A stretch of 64,000 nucleotides of DNA from an uncultured Clostridia bacterium. Lineage in GTDB: Bacteria > Bacillota > Clostridia > TANB77 > CAG-508. The translations under genes and the position numbers were made by a program. A model generated the notes under the pieces. The model saw only the letters and a list, made by a program, of their open reading frames with translations, did no database searches and was not told the origin of the DNA. The stretch covers positions 4,100-68,099 of the forward strand of contig CANQDX010000001.1 of assembly GCA_947594065.1 (NCBI GenBank), read 5' to 3'. Below, in pieces: positions 60,722 through 64,000 of this stretch (position 1 is the stretch's first letter; the number at the start of each line of letters is the position of its first letter).

Positions 60722-61183
60722 ATGAATAGTAAAGCAATTACTTATATTAAATCTATTTTATTACCTGTTGTAATAGGTGGAGTGGTGGGATTTATAATTT
60801 CTCCATTTATGAATTATAGCTCTTTAGTACAACCATTTTTAGCACCGCCGTCTTATTTATTTCCAATTGTATGGACAATTTTATACATATTAATGGGAGT
60901 ATCTTATGGAATATTGGAAACAAATAACCAAGTAGATGATGAAATTAATTCTATTTATTATCTACAGTTATTTGTAAACGCATTGTGGTCAATATTCTTT
61001 TTTGTATTTGACTGGCAATTATTTTCTTTTTTATGGATATTACTATTAGATGTGCTTGTTGTAATTATGATAAGTAGATTTTATTCTAAAAATAAAATTG
61101 CTGGATTGTTACAAATTCCATATCTGTTGTGGATCTTGTTTGCTTCATATTTGAATTTGGCAATATATTTATTGAATAGGTAA
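60722..61183 (+). CDS. tspO: TspO/MBR family tryptophan-rich membrane protein
   Basis: Five TM helices. P..W..LY.LMG, Q...N..W..FFF and IPYLLW...LN patterns. About 153 aa. GAGGTG ribosome-binding site before the ATG at 60722; the ORF track uses a GTG at 60710. Confidence 0.55.
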   Translation: MNSKAITYIKSILLPVVIGGVVGFIISPFMNYSSLVQPFLAPPSYLFPIVWTILYILMGVSYGILETNNQVDDEINSIYYLQLFVNALWSIFFFVFDWQLFSFLWILLLDVLVVIMISRFYSKNKIAGLLQIPYLLWILFASYLNLAIYLLNR

Positions 61184-61185
61184 AG

Positions 61186-61222
61186 AAAAGCTCTATACAT
61201 TTTAAAGTATAGAGCTTTTTTT
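61186..61222 (+). terminator. rho-independent terminator
   Basis: AAAAGCTCTATACattttaaaGTATAGAGCTTTTTTTC. Confidence 0.7.
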
Positions 61223-61274
61223 CTATAATAGAAATCACCTCGCGCTACTCTAAACTTTTTAAACGAAAATCTTT

Positions 61275-61327
61275 GTTAACCTTGACAAACAATTAAATAT
61301 AATGTATAATGTTAACCGTAATTAACA
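61275..61327 (+). promoter_or_regulatory. consensus sigma-A promoter flanked by two GTTAAC palindromes (candidate operator of the DtxR-like regulator)
   Basis: TTGACA (61282-61287) - 17 nt - TATAAT (61305-61310). GTTAAC at 61275-61280 overlaps the -35. TGTTAA-N6-TTAACA at 61310-61327 sits just after the -10. Confidence 0.45.
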
Positions 61328-61345
61328 AAATATAAGGAGTAAAAA

Positions 61346-61789
61346 ATGGTATCAAAAGCATTAGAAGAATATTTAAAAACAATGTATATTTTAAATAAGC
61401 AAAATGGTTATGTTAGAGTAACTGATGTGGCCAATAAAATGAATTGTACAAAACCCAGTGTTAATAAAGCATTGCACAATTTAAAAGATAATGGTCTAGT
61501 AAATTATGAAACTTATGGAACAATAGAATTAACTAGGGAGGGGGAAGATTTAGCTAAAAAAATATTAGAAGCCTATGATATTGTTTATTTATTTTTAAAA
61601 GATGTATTGAATATAGATTCTGATGCAGCAGAAAAACAGGCAGAAAAAATAAAAATGGCTATATCAGATGATACAATTAATAAACTTGCAAAATATGTTC
61701 ATAAACAACTTGGTTTAACAAATTTAGATTGTGACTATGATGTAAATAGAGAACAATGTAGAGTATGTGTAAGAAGAAAAATTACATAA
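61346..61789 (+). CDS. DtxR/MntR family metal-dependent transcriptional regulator
   Basis: N-terminal wHTH EEYLKTMYIL..GYVRVTDVANKMNCTKPSVNKALHNLKDNGLV, then a metal-binding/dimerisation region and a C-terminal Cys pair (CRVC). Confidence 0.7.
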   Translation: MVSKALEEYLKTMYILNKQNGYVRVTDVANKMNCTKPSVNKALHNLKDNGLVNYETYGTIELTREGEDLAKKILEAYDIVYLFLKDVLNIDSDAAEKQAEKIKMAISDDTINKLAKYVHKQLGLTNLDCDYDVNREQCRVCVRRKIT

Positions 61790-61863
61790 TAAAAATACCG
61801 TTTAAGGTGATTTATTAAAATTTTCATCGCACAATAAATTAAATATGAAAGGAACAAAATAAA

Positions 61864-62607
61864 ATGAGTAATGAACTACTTGAAATAGATAATTTATATG
61901 TTAATGCAGAAGATAAAAAAATTTTAAAAGGAATTAATTTAAAAATAAATAAAGGAGAAATTCACGTTATTATGGGACCAAATGGTTCTGGAAAAACAAC
62001 AACGGCTAATGCTATTTTAAATAATCCTGCTTATCACAAGATAGAAGGAAATATTTTATTTGAGGGTGAAGATATTACAAATTTAAAAACAGATGAAATT
62101 GCAAGAAAAGGTGTATTTATGTCTTTTCAATTACCAGAAGAAATTCCTGGTGTATCTGTTAGTAATTTCTTAAAATATGCAAAAAATAAAATAACTGGAA
62201 AACCTATTAAGTTACTTGAATTTAAAAATGAATTAAAAAATTATATGGAAGAATTGAAAATAAATCCTGACTACATTGAAAGAAGCTTAAATGTGGGCTT
62301 TTCTGGAGGAGAAAAAAAGAAAAACGAGATTTTGCAAATGCTTGTATTAAATCCAAAACTTGCTATTCTAGATGAAACAGATTCAGGATTAGATGTAGAT
62401 GCAATAAGAACTGTTTCAAAAGGAATTGAAATGTTCAAAAATAAAAATAATGCAGTTTTAATTATTACACATAATACCAAGATTCTACACAGTTTAAAAG
62501 TAGATTATGTTCATATATTAGTAAATGGAAAAATAGTAAAAACTGGTAGTGCAGAACTTGCAAAAGAAATTGAAGAAAATGGATATGAACAATATAAATT
62601 ATCTTAA
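61864..62607 (+). CDS. sufC: Fe-S cluster assembly ATPase
   Basis: Walker A GPNGSGKTT, signature FSGGEKKKNEILQ, Walker B LAILDETDSGLD. 247 aa. Confidence 0.95.
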   Translation: MSNELLEIDNLYVNAEDKKILKGINLKINKGEIHVIMGPNGSGKTTTANAILNNPAYHKIEGNILFEGEDITNLKTDEIARKGVFMSFQLPEEIPGVSVSNFLKYAKNKITGKPIKLLEFKNELKNYMEELKINPDYIERSLNVGFSGGEKKKNEILQMLVLNPKLAILDETDSGLDVDAIRTVSKGIEMFKNKNNAVLIITHNTKILHSLKVDYVHILVNGKIVKTGSAELAKEIEENGYEQYKLS

Positions 62608-62630
62608 AGTCTATGAAAGGAAAGCAATTA

Positions 62631-64000
62631 ATGAAAAAAACGAATATTGAGGAAATCAATAGAAATATTTATGACATTAAAAATAAAGATGAATATGAAT
62701 ATAAAATAAAAAAAGGCTTAACACCAGAAATAATATCAGAAATTTCAAAACAAAAAAATGACCCAGACTGGATGAGGGAATTCAGACTTAAAGCCTTAGA
62801 TGTATATAACAGTTTAGAACTTCCAACTTGGGGGCCAGATTTATCAGAATTAAATATGGACGAGATTGCAACTTATGTAAGACCTAAGACCAATTTAAAT
62901 AGTTCTTGGGATGATGTGCCAGAAGATATAAAAAATACATTTGAACAACTTGGAATTCCAGACGCTGAGAAAAAGTCATTAGCAGGAGTAGGAGCTCAAT
63001 ACGATTCTGAAGTTGTTTATCATAGTATGAAAGAAGAGTTAATAAAACAAGGTGTTATTTACACAGATATGGAAACAGCAGTTAGAGAATATCCTGCTAT
63101 GGTAAAAGCACATTTTATGAAATGCGTCCCAGTATATGATCACAAATTTGTTGCACTGCACGGCGCTGTTTGGTCAGGCGGCTCATTTGTATATGTTCCT
63201 AAAGGAGTAAAAGTAGATATTCCGCTTCAATCATATTTTAGATTAAATTCGCCAGAATCTGGACAATTTGAGCATACTTTAATTATTGTAGATGAAGGGG
63301 CAAGCCTTCATTTTATAGAGGGCTGTAGCGCACCAAAATATAATAAAGTAAATTTACACGCAGGATGTGTAGAGCTATATGTAAAAGATAACGCTTCGTT
63401 AAGATATTCTACTATTGAAAACTGGTCAAAAAATATGCTTAACTTGAATACAAAAAAAGCAATTGTAGGAAAAAATGCAAAAATGGAATGGGTATCTGGT
63501 TCATTTGGCTCTAAAAAATCTATGTTATACCCAATGAGTATTTTAAATGGAGAAGGATCTAAAACAGAATTTACTGGTATTTCTTTTGCAGGAAAAGGAC
63601 AAAATCTAGATAATGGATTTAAAGTGGTACACAATGCCCCTAATACATCTAGTGTTGTAAATGCTAAATCTATTTCAAAAAATGGTGGAACTTGTACGTA
63701 TCGTTCACTTGTTAAAGTAAGTGAAAATGCAAAAAATAGTAAGTGCTCTGTATCGTGTGAATCTCTAATGTTAGATGATATTTCAAGATCAGATACTATT
63801 CCAACAAACATCATTGAAACAGATGAGGTAGAATTTTCACACGAAGCTAAAATAGGTAAATTAAGTGATAAAACTATTTTTTATCTAATGAGTAGGGGAC
63901 TTTCTGAAGAAGATGCAAAAGCAATGATTGTAAGAGGATTTGCTTATCCGATTTCAAAAGAATTGCCAGTAGAGTATGCGGTAGAGATGAATAATTTAAT
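62631..64000 (+). CDS. sufB: Fe-S cluster assembly protein SufB, 3' end truncated by the window edge
   Basis: Open frame from the ATG at 62631 to the window end, not listed in the ORF track because it has no stop. Translation MKKTNIEEINRN...FEHTLIIVDEGASLHFIEGCSAPKY...GKLSDKTIFYLMSRGLSEEDAKAMIVRGF matches the SufB/SufD family. Confidence 0.9.
   Translation, partial: MKKTNIEEINRNIYDIKNKDEYEYKIKKGLTPEIISEISKQKNDPDWMREFRLKALDVYNSLELPTWGPDLSELNMDEIATYVRPKTNLNSSWDDVPEDIKNTFEQLGIPDAEKKSLAGVGAQYDSEVVYHSMKEELIKQGVIYTDMETAVREYPAMVKAHFMKCVPVYDHKFVALHGAVWSGGSFVYVPKGVKVDIPLQSYFRLNSPESGQFEHTLIIVDEGASLHFIEGCSAPKYNKVNLHAGCVELYVKDNASLRYSTIENWSKNMLNLNTKKAIVGKNAKMEWVSGSFGSKKSMLYPMSILNGEGSKTEFTGISFAGKGQNLDNGFKVVHNAPNTSSVVNAKSISKNGGTCTYRSLVKVSENAKNSKCSVSCESLMLDDISRSDTIPTNIIETDEVEFSHEAKIGKLSDKTIFYLMSRGLSEEDAKAMIVRGFAYPISKELPVEYAVEMNNL

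Noticed and set aside
1-64000. CRISPR arrays, IS elements, integrases, prophage genes, rRNA/tRNA genes.
   Set aside because: No regularly spaced direct repeats, no transposase- or integrase-like ORFs in any frame, no rRNA-like GC-rich structured stretches. The only composition anomaly is the roughly 600-bp ankyrin islet, which lacks mobility genes.

Overview
This 64 kb window is very AT-rich (roughly 28-30% GC by eye) and almost all genes sit on the + strand. The gene content points to a Gram-positive anaerobic Firmicute of the Clostridia/Tissierellia type: PolC, NrdDG, TagD/TagF, TagGH.

The window divides into three regions:
- Positions 1-14.4 kb: a cell-envelope glycopolymer decoration region. 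It holds two GT-C (ArnT/PMT/YfhO-like) glycosyltransferases, two GtrII-like polytopic membrane proteins, two Acyltransferase_3 genes and a GtrB/CsbB-like polyprenyl-phosphate glycosyltransferase. These are interleaved with queH, a class-III Fic protein, polA and a lytic transglycosylase.
- Positions 14.4-22.5 kb: the conserved pyrH-frr-uppS-cdsA-rseP-polC block, without the dxr/ispG genes usually found in it.
- Positions 22.5-64 kb: a 430-bp non-coding region carrying five co-oriented DnaA boxes, a rhodanese, pfk and argS. These are followed by a wall-teichoic-acid-like poly(glycerol-phosphate) cluster: three TagF-family genes (one fused to a GT4 domain), tagD, tagGH, a eukaryote-type UDP-sugar pyrophosphorylase, galE and a GT4. 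After that come pyrF-pyrK-pyrD with a pyrC remnant and a divergent OPRTase-like gene, rpsO-pnp, a processive GT2, cmk-plsC, a high-GC ankyrin-like islet, an S1 protein, typA, a trmR-like O-methyltransferase, a small alarmone synthetase, a U32 peptidase, crp/fnr, nrdDG, tspO, a DtxR-like regulator and sufCB.

Three single-base frameshifts are visible, in the gtrB-like gene, a GT-C gene and essential polC. Because polC is hit, assembly indel error is more likely than real gene decay for all three.

No rRNA, tRNA, CRISPR array, transposase or integrase was seen. I did not find a complete novel multi-gene system. The items most worth follow-up are the DnaA-box cluster, the missing MEP-pathway genes, the foreign ankyrin islet, the pyrC remnant next to the OPRT-like gene, and the TagF-GT4 fusion.
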